From positions 4,734,101-4,798,100 of the forward strand of contig NC_092677.1 of NCBI RefSeq assembly GCF_964355755.1: 64,000 nt of DNA, in the 5' to 3' direction. A program made the position numbers and the translations under genes. Numbering within the stretch: the first letter of the stretch is position 1; the number at the start of each line of letters is the position of its first letter. This document shows positions 62,671 to 64,000 of the stretch, piece after piece. The stretch is from Antedon mediterranea (Eukaryota; Animalia; Echinodermata). The notes beneath the pieces are model-generated. The model was given only the letters and a program-made list of their open reading frames with translations, did no database searches and was not told where the DNA came from.

Positions 62671-64000
62671 TTTTTTTTTAGAGATTATTCGAAAAAAACA
62701 AAAAACCGAAATACCCTTGAGTGAACGAATAATTATGATGCGCAATTAAGGTGTTTATTTTGCCATATAAAATATAAAAAAAATAAATATTTTTTGGTAA
62801 TATGCATCAACAATATTTTTCAAATGTATTTTAGATAAATAAATAAATAATGTAAAATCTCTAGAAACAAAAAAAATATTGTGACTAACCAATTCAATGT
62901 TTTATTAAATAAAACCAAAAATCAGGCATCTGTGAAAAAAAATATAATGAAAAAGAACTCACTTTAACAATGACGAACTTACTTGTTTAAAGCACTTTTG
63001 TTATCAGTTAATATTATTAAATTAGTAACAGTATTATGAATATTACAAAATAATATTTTGAGAACTGAAAAATATTTTGAGGGAACAAATATATTTAGGG
63101 AGAACAAAATAAGATTTCAAGAACTGAACAATATAAAAAGCGAATTACTACTTCGAGACAAGGAATGATCGAGAGAACGAAATAATTTCGAGGGAAATTA
63201 TTTCGTTCTCTCGCGAATTAGTAATTCGAATTCCAATGAAATAATATTTCGAGAGAACGAAAATAGGTAGGCCCTATGCCTATATGATTTAGTGATATTC
63301 ATTCCCTAGAAATAATAATACAGTACCGGTAGGCTATATATTTTTTCAAGTTGTCGATTTACTTCAAATTGACAACAGGTTGTATATACTCAATCAAAAA
63401 CAAACAATTTAATTTGATTAGACTATATGTCTCCAGATATAATAATAGTAATATTTATTTCAATCGACTTGATATTTTGCGATTCAAGTTGGTATTCTAA
63501 GGAATTATAATTACCCTAACGGGAGTTGGTGACCGTCCAGTGCCCTAGTTTTTACGGGGTTAATATGATGTCGATGGTCCTACTTTTTTATCGATGAAAG
63601 CTGCCCGGGTGGTTGCAGCCATTTTCAACAGCTGGTATTACACTATTCAATGCTGAAAATTGTCCAGTGGACACTTTCAAACACCGGACACATTTAAATC
63701 TTACACCGGCTTTACTGACAATCGTTTTGAGTCACCATTGCCAGATGAATCTTTTACGATTGTATTTGTGGGGAGGTCCAACCACAATGCAGTTCTCTTG
63801 ATGCATGTTCTCCAAACACAAGTGGCCTAGACTGAGAAAACTTTCGTTGACAAATTTCTCAATTATAAATTATTATTGTTTAGTATATAAATCTTGTTAT
63901 TTTCAGTCTCTTGCAGGCCTGTTTTTGTTTGTAGTATTGTTGGATAATACTAAAAACAGTAAGTTTAATTGTATGGTCTAACTTATAACTTGCTTCATTT

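Larger units (their letters stand above)
56104..63712. mobile_element. Large TIR-bounded element enclosing the satellite array
   Basis: Imperfect inverted repeats of about 70 bp: aagccggtgtaagattgaattgtgtcc...ttttcagcattggatagtgt (56104-56178) and its reverse complement at about 63640-63712. Confidence 0.6.

Overview
AT-rich, intron-containing animal DNA; it looks like a marine invertebrate, possibly an echinoderm, but that is a weak inference. The window holds a tandem cluster of five paralogous immunoglobulin-superfamily (IgSF) receptor loci, which I reconstructed by hand from GT-AG exons and splice phases. All share a signal peptide - V-type Ig - I-type Ig - short Ig-like ectodomain plan. 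Three minus-strand genes (5852-9272, 10985-16221, 50250-54630) appear intact: a transmembrane (TM) helix, a membrane-proximal ITAM or ITAM-like exon, then 0, 5 or 4 tandem phase-0 exons carrying a YxxL...D[DE]GYxxP module. A fourth (1-2664) is a pseudogene. The fifth, on the plus strand (about 21.9-47.7 kb), joins the same ectodomain and a different TM to six more Ig domains and a NEU2/3/4-like sialidase propeller that has lost most catalytic residues. Its first post-TM Ig domain is split by a Cys-rich, micro-exon-encoded insert. Also present: a 2.1-kb tandem duplication, a degenerate BEL/Pao LTR retrotransposon, LINE fragments, SINE/tRNA-like heads, several MITEs, and a nested TIR element > 130-bp satellite > TTAA-element > LINE structure at 56-64 kb. 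All gene models are manual predictions with no expression evidence.
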